A DNA stretch of 63,373 bases, counting the filler. It is 4 parts of 4 records of this genome, joined end to end, with 100 filler letters (N's around TTAATTAATTAA, not from the genome) between each part and the next. Parts side by side here need not be neighbours in the genome. Positions count along the whole stretch, not along the records: positions 1 to 30,935 come from DRR723986_24248; 3 more parts are not named here. One strand, 5' to 3'. Shown here piece after piece: positions 9,538-18,844 of this stretch; the stretch's first letter is position 1; each line of letters begins with the position of its first letter. Below the pieces are notes generated by a model. The model was not told where the DNA came from and made no database searches. It was given only the letters and a program-made list of their open reading frames with translations. The position numbers and the translations under genes are program-made.

Positions 9538-9565
9538 GGACGGCTGACATCCTTTATTTGTTACA
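9538..9565 (-). promoter_or_regulatory. ECF-type promoter upstream of OM barrel gene
   Basis: TGTAAC-AAATAAAGGATGTCAGC-CGTCC. Confidence 0.75.
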
Positions 9566-9576
9566 GCTCCAATAAA

Positions 9577-10590
9577 TTATTTTGATCTTTTTTTACGATC
9601 GAATTCGAATTTTCCGATTTTGAAATGATAAGCCACATATTCTTCAGACTCAGTGTTCAAAGTTCGGGTGAAACTCACTTGTCTATTTGTGACATTTGAA
9701 GCCGCATCTGTGAATAATCGATAAGGCTCTTCTTCAACGGTTTTATTGCCGTCTGTTTTTTCAATTACTGCAATATTTTCATCTACCTGATCAGGAATTT
9801 GCTTTTCGATATTCGTTTTGGACGTATCTATCACTTGTTGTTCAACAATATCATCCGGTAAATCATGATCAGGGATAATCACTTTCGTGGTATCAACTTG
9901 CTCTATTTTTTCTTCTTTTACAATGTCATCCAATCGAACCTGATTAAAAACAGCTTGGTCATTTTTGGTGTCATTTGAGCTATTCAACTTAATGTTTCTA
10001 GGAAGGGCAGCTTGAAAATTTCTGAAGTCCGAAGATGAAGTAGTAATTGAAGTGGCTGGATTATCATTTGCCAATTCATTTTGAGTTTCAGCAGGATTTA
10101 TTAAAAAGAGTATTAACGCAACTGCCGCTGCAGCAGAACCAACTTTCGCCCACATTGGAATAACGGTAACTGGTTTTCTTTTCAAATTGCTTTTATCCCC
10201 AAAAACATCAGTCGCTTTTGGACTTAAAACCGCGGCTTGATAAGCCATGAATTTTGATTCTAATTGGTGTTTAGCAATGTAGTTAAGTAATTGCGCGTTT
10301 TGCTTTTCGTTTAGCTCGTTTTCAATAGAATCTACCATCCATTGGTCCACTGTTAAAGGAGAAATGATAGTTGGATCTGCTTTTAAACTGGCTTTTGAAA
10401 TGTTGGATGAATCCTTTACTTGAAGTCTTAAATCATCCATTGACATGCCGGTTAAATCAACAAACTCTGTTTTTAATTCGGGATGCGCATCTAAAAATAA
10501 ATACATAGCCTCTTCGTCCGCTATAGACAAAGTGCCTTCAAGGAAATCCAAGAAGTAAGCTTCGTAATTATTTAAGTTGATACTTTCCAT
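9577..10590 (-). CDS. Putative anti-sigma factor (single TM)
   Basis: Directly downstream of ECF sigma; N-terminal NYEAYFLDFLEGTLS, TM segment WAKVGSAAAAVALILFL. Confidence 0.65.
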   Translation of the reverse strand: MESINLNNYEAYFLDFLEGTLSIADEEAMYLFLDAHPELKTEFVDLTGMSMDDLRLQVKDSSNISKASLKADPTIISPLTVDQWMVDSIENELNEKQNAQLLNYIAKHQLESKFMAYQAAVLSPKATDVFGDKSNLKRKPVTVIPMWAKVGSAAAAVALILFLINPAETQNELANDNPATSITTSSSDFRNFQAALPRNIKLNSSNDTKNDQAVFNQVRLDDIVKEEKIEQVDTTKVIIPDHDLPDDIVEQQVIDTSKTNIEKQIPDQVDENIAVIEKTDGNKTVEEEPYRLFTDAASNVTNRQVSFTRTLNTESEEYVAYHFKIGKFEFDRKKRSK

Positions 10591-10593
10591 TTG

Positions 10594-11082
10594 TTAATCT
10601 AAAACAGCTTCTACACTGACTAATATTTCTTGTAATTTTTTTCTTGCTCTAAAAATGTACACTTTCACCTGCGACTCTTTCAATCCGGTGATCTCACCGA
10701 TTTCGTCATAAGCATACCCTTCATAATCTCTTAATAAAATCACCGATTTTTGAATTTCTGGAAGTTGATCAAGTGCTTCGTGAAGCACTTCTTGTAAATC
10801 TAAATTTCCAACAGGCTTTTCAAATTTCACCTTATCAATTGCTTCAACATCATCAGTAAATTTATTCTTCCGAACTGCATCAATTAAGGTATGATGAGCT
10901 GCGGTGAACAAATAGGATTTTACTTTTGAGTAGCTAACATCCTCTTTTTTCATCCACACTTTTGTGAAAACATCCTGCACAACATCCTTAGCTCCTTCTA
11001 TATCTTTAAGGTGCTTTACCACGTACCGATAAATATTATCAGCATATTGGTCAACGGCAATGTTGTATTCTTTAGCGGTCAT
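10594..11082 (-). CDS. ECF RNA polymerase sigma factor
   Basis: AKDVVQDVFTKVW (region 2) and YDEIGEITG...VKVYIFRARKKL (region 4). Confidence 0.93.
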   Translation of the reverse strand: MTAKEYNIAVDQYADNIYRYVVKHLKDIEGAKDVVQDVFTKVWMKKEDVSYSKVKSYLFTAAHHTLIDAVRKNKFTDDVEAIDKVKFEKPVGNLDLQEVLHEALDQLPEIQKSVILLRDYEGYAYDEIGEITGLKESQVKVYIFRARKKLQEILVSVEAVLD

Positions 11083-11128
11083 TTTTTCAAGGGTGCGAGT
11101 AAATGTACAGAACTCGCTTGTTTAGGTG

Positions 11129-11156
11129 GGACGCTTTACATCCATCAAAAGTTACA
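11129..11156 (-). promoter_or_regulatory. ECF-type promoter upstream of the sigma gene (autoregulation)
   Basis: TGTAAC-TTTTGATGGATGTAAAG-CGTCC. Confidence 0.78.
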
Positions 11157-11163
11157 CCTAAAA

Positions 11164-11502
11164 TTATTTTATTACGAATTTAATAGGTAAGATGTACTTC
11201 TTACCTGCCATGAACTGGTTTTCATCAATTTGAAGATCATGCACCATTTCAATTGCCATTTGGTCTAAATCTTTAGAAACTCCTTCTTCTATCATAATCT
11301 CTGATAACGACAAATCTTCAGTTAGCTTAAAACTAACATAAACGGTTCCTTCTTTTTTATCCTTCAAAGCTTTCTCGGGATAAAAAATTGAGTTCGTTGT
11401 CCAAGCGCCTATTTTCTTAATTAATACAGGCTCATTTTCTGAAATTCCTGCGAAAGTGGTAGCAGCCATACAAGTCAACAATACGAACAAAAATCTTTTC
11501 AT
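11164..11502 (-). CDS. Small secreted TonB C-terminal domain protein
   Basis: YPEKALKDKKEGTVYVSF...LPIKF; signal peptide from ATG 11502 (the start at 11547 would lie inside the promoter). Confidence 0.78.
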   Translation of the reverse strand: MKRFLFVLLTCMAATTFAGISENEPVLIKKIGAWTTNSIFYPEKALKDKKEGTVYVSFKLTEDLSLSEIMIEEGVSKDLDQMAIEMVHDLQIDENQFMAGKKYILPIKFVIK

Positions 11503-11529
11503 TTTCTTTTTTTTAATTGGTTGATGATG

Positions 11530-11557
11530 GGACGCTTCTATTTTCATTTAAGTTACA
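11530..11557 (-). promoter_or_regulatory. ECF-type promoter upstream of TonB-C gene
   Basis: TGTAAC-TTAAATGAAAATAGAAG-CGTCC. Confidence 0.78.
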
Positions 11558-11629
11558 GGTGGCTCAAAATTTATTTACAAACTATTAACATTCATAGGGG
11601 CAAGGAGAGTTTTTTAATACCTTTGCGGC

Positions 11630-12523
11630 ATGTTAAGTTTAGATCCTAAATCACTTCCAATACCGCAATTACACGGCTATCTGCTTGGGGCAGTTGGCCC
11701 AAGACCAATTGCTTTTGCAAGTACGATAGATGAAAATGGGGTGGCTAACTTAGCTCCGTTTAGTTTTTTTAATGTGTTTTCTGCCAATCCGCCAATTATG
11801 ATTTTTTCACCGGCAAGATCTGGTAGAACAAACACCACCAAAGACACCTATAACAATGTAAAAGCTGTTCCAGAAGTAGTCATCAACGTGGTGACTCATG
11901 ACATTGTGCATCAAATGTCTTTGGCCAGTTCACCTTATGAACCGGGGGAGGATGAATTTATCAAGGCTGGTTTCACCAAAGTAAATTCAGAAACCATAAA
12001 GCCGTTTAGAGTGGCAGAAAGTCCCGTTCAGTTTGAATGTAAGGTAAACGAAGTAATTGAACTGGGACATGAAGGAGGAGCAGGTAATTTGGTGATTTGT
12101 GAAGTTACACGAATCCACATAGACGAAAAAGTGATTGGAGAGGATGGAAAAATTGACCAGCATAAAATAGATTTAGTGTCGAGAATGGGGGGTAATTGGT
12201 ATTGCCGAGCAGACCAAAATTCAATGTTTGAAATTACTAAACCCATTGTTACAAAGGGAATTGGCTTTGATGCACTTCCTGAAGACATTCGTAACTCATC
12301 TATTTTAACTGGAAATGACTTGGGGCATTTGGCTGGAATTGAAGAATTACCCAATGAAACGGATGTCAATGATTATAAATTGATTGAATTAAGTGATTTA
12401 TTCGTTTCTTTGGAAGACGAACAAGTAAAATTAGAAGTAGAATTGCACAAATTAGCGCAAGGCTTACTGAAAGAAAATAAATTAGAAGAAGCTTGGATGA
12501 CCCTATTGTCATTCAACAATTAA
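11630..12523 (+). CDS. Flavin reductase family protein (DIM6/NTAB)
   Basis: PRPIAFASTID...NLAPFSFFN, ESPVQFEC, RMGGNWY; TACCTTTG -7 box at 11618-11625. Confidence 0.88.
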   Translation: MLSLDPKSLPIPQLHGYLLGAVGPRPIAFASTIDENGVANLAPFSFFNVFSANPPIMIFSPARSGRTNTTKDTYNNVKAVPEVVINVVTHDIVHQMSLASSPYEPGEDEFIKAGFTKVNSETIKPFRVAESPVQFECKVNEVIELGHEGGAGNLVICEVTRIHIDEKVIGEDGKIDQHKIDLVSRMGGNWYCRADQNSMFEITKPIVTKGIGFDALPEDIRNSSILTGNDLGHLAGIEELPNETDVNDYKLIELSDLFVSLEDEQVKLEVELHKLAQGLLKENKLEEAWMTLLSFNN

Positions 12524-12543
12524 CAACAATAATAAACCAAGAA

Positions 12544-12903
12544 ATGTATACATTAAAAGGAGAATTGAAGGTAATTAATGATGTTCAACAAATATCAGAT
12601 TCATTCAAGAAGAGAGAATTCGTAGTAGTAGATGCTTCGGGTCAATACGCACAAACAATTTTGTTTCAGGCTGTTCAAGACAGATGCGATTTATTAAACA
12701 ACTTTAAAGTGGGGGATAATGTAGAAGTTACCTTTTTCTTAAGAGGTAGAGAATGGACCAATCCTAAAGATGGTGTGGTGAGATTCTTTAACTCTTTAGA
12801 TGCTTGGAAAATTGAACCTCTTGGTGCTGGAACAGGAACTCCTGCTTCTGCTGATAACGCAGAGACTTTCGTTGCTGAAGGAGATGATGACCTACCTTTT
12901 TAA
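12544..12903 (+). CDS. DUF3127 SSB-like OB-fold protein
   Basis: FKKREFVV, LRGREW, FNSLDAWKI and SSB-type DDLPF tail; ATG 12544. Confidence 0.85.
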   Translation: MYTLKGELKVINDVQQISDSFKKREFVVVDASGQYAQTILFQAVQDRCDLLNNFKVGDNVEVTFFLRGREWTNPKDGVVRFFNSLDAWKIEPLGAGTGTPASADNAETFVAEGDDDLPF

Positions 12904-12924
12904 TAGGATAAAATAATTTAACTG

Positions 12925-12959
12925 AAAATCCACTTGTTTCTGACTTGTGGATTTTTTTT
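12925..12959 (+). terminator. Intrinsic terminator
   Basis: AAAATCCAC...GTGGATTTT followed by T-run. Confidence 0.65.
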
Positions 12960-12972
12960 GATCTAAATATTT

Positions 12973-12998
12973 AAAATAGATGTTTAAACATCTATTTT
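12973..12998. promoter_or_regulatory. Perfect 26-bp palindrome, operator candidate
   Basis: AAAATAGATGTTTAAACATCTATTTT just upstream of TATCTTTG -7 box (13002-13009) of the YceI gene. Confidence 0.5.
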
Positions 12999-13034
12999 TT
13001 GTATCTTTGCTCTTAACGAATTAAAAAAACACTT

Positions 13035-13700
13035 ATGGTAAAGAAAATAGTAATCGGAGTTGTTATAGTAGGAGTGATCGGAATATTAGCACTTTTCCTT
13101 ATTCCATGGGGTGAGTATGAAAGCCAATTGGAGAAAACCGAACTATCTAATCAAGTAGAAGAAGGTGATTCTTGGAAAGACAACCCTACATTGGACGGTT
13201 TAGAAGGAACCTATTATGTTGACAGTACACAAAAAAACAGAGCTGAAATACTGTTCTTAACAGAAGGCTTGAAAGATACCAAAGGTGGTTTTGATGGCTT
13301 TACCATTACACTCAATATGCCTGACGACTTTAAAAATGGCGGCATCAATGTTTGGATAGACACCAAAAGTATTAATTCAGGCAATGCCATGAGGGATGAA
13401 CATTTGATGGAAGAGGATTTTTTCCATTCAGAGAAATATCCATCAATTACCTATAACTCGTCTAAAATTGAATTGGGAGACACTTCCTATGTTGCCAAGG
13501 GTGAATTGACCTTAAATGGGCTTACAAAAGCTTTAGACCTTCCTTTTAAACATTTGGGAGGTGGAGAAAAAGACGGCGTGCCATTTGAAGCTTTTGAAGG
13601 CTCTGTAATTTTTGACAGAACACAGTATGGGCAACAAGAATCATCTGGTGCTGGTAATGAAGTGACTATCTCATTTTATTGCGAATTAGAAAAGCAGTAA
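13035..13700 (+). CDS. YceI family lipid/polyisoprenoid-binding protein
   Basis: SINSGNAMRDEHL...FF...YPSITY, GELTLNG, FDRTQYG; N-terminal anchor. Confidence 0.85.
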   Translation: MVKKIVIGVVIVGVIGILALFLIPWGEYESQLEKTELSNQVEEGDSWKDNPTLDGLEGTYYVDSTQKNRAEILFLTEGLKDTKGGFDGFTITLNMPDDFKNGGINVWIDTKSINSGNAMRDEHLMEEDFFHSEKYPSITYNSSKIELGDTSYVAKGELTLNGLTKALDLPFKHLGGGEKDGVPFEAFEGSVIFDRTQYGQQESSGAGNEVTISFYCELEKQ

Positions 13701-13726
13701 TTTCAGACATTTTCTATCTTTAGAAG

Positions 13727-14239
13727 ATGAAACTATTTAGCATCTTCTTACTTTCAATTTTAAGTCTAAGCTCTTTTTCACAATTATCAGATTCGTGGAT
13801 GGGCAATTTTCAAGGTGAACTCTATGCTACCAACTTGGCAGGAATAGAAACCACCTATAGAATGGAACTGGACATCTCCAAAATTGACGAAACATCTTAC
13901 AATTGGGTCATTACCTATGGTGCAGATAGCACAAAACAAGAGCGTGCATATCTGCTAAATTTCTTAGGAATGAATTTGTATGAAATGGATGAACAAAATG
14001 GTATCCTTCTGAAGGTATCCTATAATGACAACACTTTAACCAGTGTTTTTGAAGTTGAAGGTAATTTGCTACATGTTGTATACAGAATTACCAAAAAAGG
14101 TATTCTTTTTGAATTAACCTCATCCAACGGTAAAACGATTAGTGGCGGAAATACGGATGATTCGGGAGCCAAGGTTCCTGAGGTTGGGTCCTATCAAACA
14201 ATTGCCTTTCAAACTGCGTTTTTGAAAAGACAAAAATGA
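13727..14239 (+). CDS. Hypothetical secreted beta-rich protein
   Basis: Signal peptide SFS|Q; YEMDEQNGI motif; operonic. Confidence 0.7.
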   Translation: MKLFSIFLLSILSLSSFSQLSDSWMGNFQGELYATNLAGIETTYRMELDISKIDETSYNWVITYGADSTKQERAYLLNFLGMNLYEMDEQNGILLKVSYNDNTLTSVFEVEGNLLHVVYRITKKGILFELTSSNGKTISGGNTDDSGAKVPEVGSYQTIAFQTAFLKRQK

Positions 14240-15615
14240 GTTTTGCTGACAAATTCGCAACAGCTTATAAAAAGGTGCTTCCAAGCCCTTTCTCGATAGC
14301 CATATTATTGACGTTTTTTACTTTTTTAATTGCGCTAATTTTTACAAAAAACGAGCAAATAGGATATGGAGAACATACGCTTCATCTATTAAAAAGTTGG
14401 GAAGAAGGCCTTTGGAAAGAAGGAGGTGGAGGACTGTATTTTGCTTTTCAAATGATGCTGATGTTGGTGTTGGGTCATATCATGGCGCTTTCCACTGCAG
14501 CTTCTAACATCATTTCTAAACTTACTGCGCCTTGCACCACCACTGCCAACACAGCCTTTATTGTTACATTTAGCACGATTCTTGTCAGTTTATTTAACTG
14601 GGGCCTCGGATTAATATTTGGAGCGATCTTGGCTCGAAAAGTCGGTGAGAAATTTGCTCGAGAATTAAAGCCATTAAACTATCCATTAATTGGGGCCGCG
14701 GCCTATTCTGGCCTCATGGTTTGGCATGGAGGGTTGTCCGGATCCGCTCCAATTAAAGCTGCTGATTCTGGAAATATAGCTTCATTCTTGCCAGAAAATT
14801 CTAATGTTCCAGACCAAATTGACTTAAGTCTTACCACTTTTTCAACTATGAATATAGTTGTATGCGTATTACTGATTATAGGCTTGCCTACTCTAATGTA
14901 TTTTCTTGGTAAAAAAGATAAACCATACACGGATTTACCTCAGGTCATTAACACTGAAAAAGAAGCGCAATCAATTAACAAGGGGGCTGAAAAACTTGAT
15001 CATTCTTCTCTATTTGCCTATATAATTGGAGGGATTATACTGCTTTATGCTTTTTACAAGGCCGTTATTCTTCCCGAAGAATTCTCCTTAAAATTTCTTA
15101 ATCCGAATTTCATCAACTTTACCCTACTTGGTTTCGGAATTGTACTGCACAAAGGAATATCGAAATTTGTTTCAGCAGCTAACCAGGCCATTAGTGGAGC
15201 CACAGGTATATTATTACAATTCCCTCTTTACTTTGGGATATTAGGATTAATGGTTGGTTCAGGATTAATCAACGACATTTCAGATTGGTTCGTTCAAGTG
15301 AGCACTGAATTTACCTTTCCAATCTATACCTTTATATCTGCTGGATTAGTAAACGTGTTTGTCCCAAGTGGAGGCGGACAATGGGCTGTTCAAGGACCTA
15401 TTATAATTTCTGCAGCGCACGAACTTGGGGTAAGTTTACCAAAGGCAATTATGGCGCTTTCTTATGGCGATCAACTGACCAACATGATACAGCCTTTTTG
15501 GGCTTTGCCATTATTAGGAATTACAGGCTTAAAGGCCAAAGATATTTTGCCGTATACTTTGATGTTATTCTTAGCGGGACTTGTAATTTTTATATTAGGA
15601 CTAGTTTTGTTTTAA
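14236..15615 (+). CDS. atoE: Short-chain fatty acid transporter (AtoE family)
   Basis: WHGGLSGSAP, FVPSGGGQWAVQGP, GDQLTNMIQPFWALP. Confidence 0.9.
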   Translation: MSFADKFATAYKKVLPSPFSIAILLTFFTFLIALIFTKNEQIGYGEHTLHLLKSWEEGLWKEGGGGLYFAFQMMLMLVLGHIMALSTAASNIISKLTAPCTTTANTAFIVTFSTILVSLFNWGLGLIFGAILARKVGEKFARELKPLNYPLIGAAAYSGLMVWHGGLSGSAPIKAADSGNIASFLPENSNVPDQIDLSLTTFSTMNIVVCVLLIIGLPTLMYFLGKKDKPYTDLPQVINTEKEAQSINKGAEKLDHSSLFAYIIGGIILLYAFYKAVILPEEFSLKFLNPNFINFTLLGFGIVLHKGISKFVSAANQAISGATGILLQFPLYFGILGLMVGSGLINDISDWFVQVSTEFTFPIYTFISAGLVNVFVPSGGGQWAVQGPIIISAAHELGVSLPKAIMALSYGDQLTNMIQPFWALPLLGITGLKAKDILPYTLMLFLAGLVIFILGLVLF

Positions 15616-16676
15616 GCCCAACGCTTCTCTTTTCCTTTTACTGGAAACAATAATCGAATCAAATAAATAGGATACCAAATTTGATGGACAATAACTAACA
15701 AGAAATTAGATAACCAATTGCCACCCCTATTTTCAATTTGTAATAAAACGTACTCATTTGTCACTTTCATCAGTACGGGAATCAAAATTACCCAACCCAG
15801 ATCAACCATGCTGGTTAACACAAATCCGATAAAAACAAAAACAATTAACAGCACGCCAAAAAGAATTGAAAAACCAGATTTTAAACTACTCATTTTACCC
15901 GCCCAGCGTTGGCGTTGTTTTAATAATGAATTAAAAGTGCCTGGACTCTCTGCTTCAACCATTAAATCGCCATGACTACTAGCCTGAATGTCAGCATCCA
16001 ATTGCTTAAATTCGTTTAATAAAAACATGTCATCACCAGATGCAATGTAGTAATCCGTTCTTTTAGCATCAACTTTCTCAAATAAGGATTTACGAAACAG
16101 CAAATTAGCGCCGTTACATAATTGAGGCGACAACATTTTGGCAAGACCGATTCCTAAAACTTGCAACCATGAGAACTCCACAGCTCCTAAACGCTGCACT
16201 ATGTTTTTGCCTCCCAGTTTCACAGGCAAAATCCACATGTCGGCTTCAGGCAAATCACTTAGCTTAACGAAATAATTAGTTTTTGGAGTAGTGTCTGCGT
16301 CCCAAGTTAGCATAAACTCATATTTAGCTTGCGATACTCCGGTCTTTATAGCTTGTTTTTTGCCATGATCATTTGACTTTATCAGCACGGCATTTTTTGG
16401 AAGATAATCCTCTACTATTCTTTCAGCGCCATCTGAAGAATGATCGTTGACAAAAATAAATTCAACATTTAGACCTGTGGGGATAATCAATTTGGGCAGT
16501 TGTTGTAGTAAACCAGGAATTCGTTTCGCTTCGTTTTTAAAGGGAATAATAATTGAAACTTCTGAAATTTTAGGCGATAAACTTGTGTCGTTTGACTTGA
16601 AATAGGCCAATACCAACATTGCTCCAAGTAATAATTGAATCAGATAAACTGCAGTAATAAATACAACAACAATCAT
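15612..16676 (-). CDS. Glycosyltransferase family 2
   Basis: SIIIPFKNE, NDHSSD, DAD, SGDD, QRQRW. Confidence 0.9.
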   Translation of the reverse strand: MIVVVFITAVYLIQLLLGAMLVLAYFKSNDTSLSPKISEVSIIIPFKNEAKRIPGLLQQLPKLIIPTGLNVEFIFVNDHSSDGAERIVEDYLPKNAVLIKSNDHGKKQAIKTGVSQAKYEFMLTWDADTTPKTNYFVKLSDLPEADMWILPVKLGGKNIVQRLGAVEFSWLQVLGIGLAKMLSPQLCNGANLLFRKSLFEKVDAKRTDYYIASGDDMFLLNEFKQLDADIQASSHGDLMVEAESPGTFNSLLKQRQRWAGKMSSLKSGFSILFGVLLIVFVFIGFVLTSMVDLGWVILIPVLMKVTNEYVLLQIENRGGNWLSNFLLVIVHQIWYPIYLIRLLFPVKGKEKRWA

Positions 16677-17605
16677 TTAGATTTCATCAAAATAATTCCA
16701 CCGATAAGTCCGGGAATTGCCAAATTAATTATCCACAAGATAAACACTGTCAGTAAAATAACCGGTGTATCAATTCCAAATGAGGTAAGTACAAACAAAG
16801 CAGACACTTCTCGCACAAACAATTTACCAAATAAAAAGGATGGGATAATTGTGGTAATTAAGTACACCACAGCAATAGCGGGAATTATTTTATTCGGATT
16901 TAATTCTGGCTCAAAACAAATCAAGATCAAATAAAATTGCACTAAATAAACCAAGTACCTTAAAAAACTCAAGGATAAAATTGATAATTTCAGGGATAAT
17001 GGCTGGTTTTGGACCATTTCGATTCCATTCTTAGTTTGCTCTGAATACATCTTAGACAATGGGTTGGTATCGATCAACTTTGGTAAAAAATAAACCGTCA
17101 ATCCCAACAAGATGACTACAAAAGCAGAAATCCGTAATCCATTAATGCTAACATACTGGGGATTAAAATTGATCAATGAAAGTCCGATAAATCCAAAAAT
17201 TAAACTGGCTGTGAACTGTGCCAAATTTGAATGAATTGTGGTAACAATCGCCTTGGTCCTCAGTCCTTTTTCTAAGTTAACAGTTCTACCAATAAAGTTC
17301 CCAATTCTATTTGGAGTAAGCAAGCTGGTGCTAATTCCAGCAAAAACATCTAGAATAGTTTTAAGAAATGGTTGATGCACTATTCCATTTAACAACCGTT
17401 GCCATTTTATTGATTCTAACAACCAATTCAGGGGCATTAACAAAAACACAGAAGTCAATACGATCGTACTATCATCAGAAAAGGTGAGCGAGTCAAATTC
17501 ATTATTTAGCAAAGAATTAGAGACTTTCCAGCCTATAAACAACAATAAAGCCAGTCCGAAAACTAGCTTTATTAGAAATTTATTCTTTTTAATTCTTTGC
17601 GTCAA
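16673..17605 (-). CDS. Lysylphosphatidylglycerol synthase TM-domain (flippase-like) protein
   Basis: NWLLESIKW, TPNRIGNFIGR, WIINLAIP; multi-TM. Confidence 0.75.
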   Translation of the reverse strand: MTQRIKKNKFLIKLVFGLALLLFIGWKVSNSLLNNEFDSLTFSDDSTIVLTSVFLLMPLNWLLESIKWQRLLNGIVHQPFLKTILDVFAGISTSLLTPNRIGNFIGRTVNLEKGLRTKAIVTTIHSNLAQFTASLIFGFIGLSLINFNPQYVSINGLRISAFVVILLGLTVYFLPKLIDTNPLSKMYSEQTKNGIEMVQNQPLSLKLSILSLSFLRYLVYLVQFYLILICFEPELNPNKIIPAIAVVYLITTIIPSFLFGKLFVREVSALFVLTSFGIDTPVILLTVFILWIINLAIPGLIGGIILMKSK

Positions 17606-17607
17606 AT

Positions 17608-18813
17608 CTAATTGTTTGCGTTATACCTTTTCTTGTTATTGTTAATGACATTTTCAATTCGTTCTGCAATACGTTTGAATTTATTGACACCTGCACCTTT
17701 GGCCAGGTTCACATATTTCATTGCATTATTGAAATCATTCAACCAACAATACGATTCCGCTAAATTACAGTATAGCAAGGCAGTTACTTTATCGTTAACT
17801 CTTGATTTTTTATCAGCCAAATTACTTTCAGTTAACATTTGCTCCCAAATTTTATTAGCTTCTCTCAATTTAGCATGACCGCCAGAATAATCTCTTGATC
17901 CGCTAATGGCCATATAACCTTGTTGAGCCGCTGTATAGGCATTGGTTAAATCATTGTACGCATGGTCTTTGAATTTCTTCACGGTATAAACCTCACAGGC
18001 TCTTGTTTTAACCGGGAATCCACATTTATTATTCAAGGTTTTCTTTGTTTCAGCAAAAACTGTATTACGTACTTTTTGTTCAAAATCAGCCAAAAAAGTC
18101 GCTTCATTATCTAACCACCAAAGTTGAAAGTCATAAGGGGTTACGTAGGTTTCCATCTTATAAGATTGAACATTGTTACGAATAATGGTATTTAAAATTA
18201 CTCCTTGAGAAGGTGTTTCAACCTTTATGGTTACCGGCAATTTATAATTTGCTGTATAAGCATATTTAGTTGAAGTTCCCGAACCCGACTTCTTATTAAC
18301 TATGCTAAAATCAGAAATGGGAAGTACTCCAATCGTAATGGACGCTCCTCCTGAAGCTTTAGAATAACCCTCTAAACTTATTTGATTCGTAACCGCCTCG
18401 TCTGTAATATCACTGTGCAACCAAGGATCTTTAACCTCAGCCATTACGGGTTGTGGTAATGGATTTGGCCTAATGGGTTGCTGTGCAGTTTGACCGGCAT
18501 CAATTTGTTTTTGCCAGAGTGCCATTTGCTTCAAATATTCTCGCTGCTGATTTTTTTCTTGTGCCCTCCAGGCTGTCAATTCCGCTTCATAATTTGCTGC
18601 GGCAATTTCCAATTGGGTTTGATAAGCCATCAAACTATCTTCATTCGCCTTTTCATATGTTCTTTCAACGAACACCTCAAAGGTGGTATACGATTCGTCA
18701 ATCGGATTCTCGGGCAATTGAATGTATCCAAAATTTACTTTGTTCTCAGTTACGTTTTGGGAGAAAGAAATACCGGTAACCGCGACAAAGCAGAATAGTA
18801 AAGTTTTTTTCAT
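17608..18813 (-). CDS. Hypothetical secreted protein with C-terminal TPR-like helices
   Basis: Signal peptide SFS|Q; LYCNLAESYCWLNDFNNAMKY. Confidence 0.7.
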   Translation of the reverse strand: MKKTLLFCFVAVTGISFSQNVTENKVNFGYIQLPENPIDESYTTFEVFVERTYEKANEDSLMAYQTQLEIAAANYEAELTAWRAQEKNQQREYLKQMALWQKQIDAGQTAQQPIRPNPLPQPVMAEVKDPWLHSDITDEAVTNQISLEGYSKASGGASITIGVLPISDFSIVNKKSGSGTSTKYAYTANYKLPVTIKVETPSQGVILNTIIRNNVQSYKMETYVTPYDFQLWWLDNEATFLADFEQKVRNTVFAETKKTLNNKCGFPVKTRACEVYTVKKFKDHAYNDLTNAYTAAQQGYMAISGSRDYSGGHAKLREANKIWEQMLTESNLADKKSRVNDKVTALLYCNLAESYCWLNDFNNAMKYVNLAKGAGVNKFKRIAERIENVINNNKKRYNANN

Positions 18814-18844
18814 AGTTAGTCTTATTGGTTCTTAAAGATAAAAA

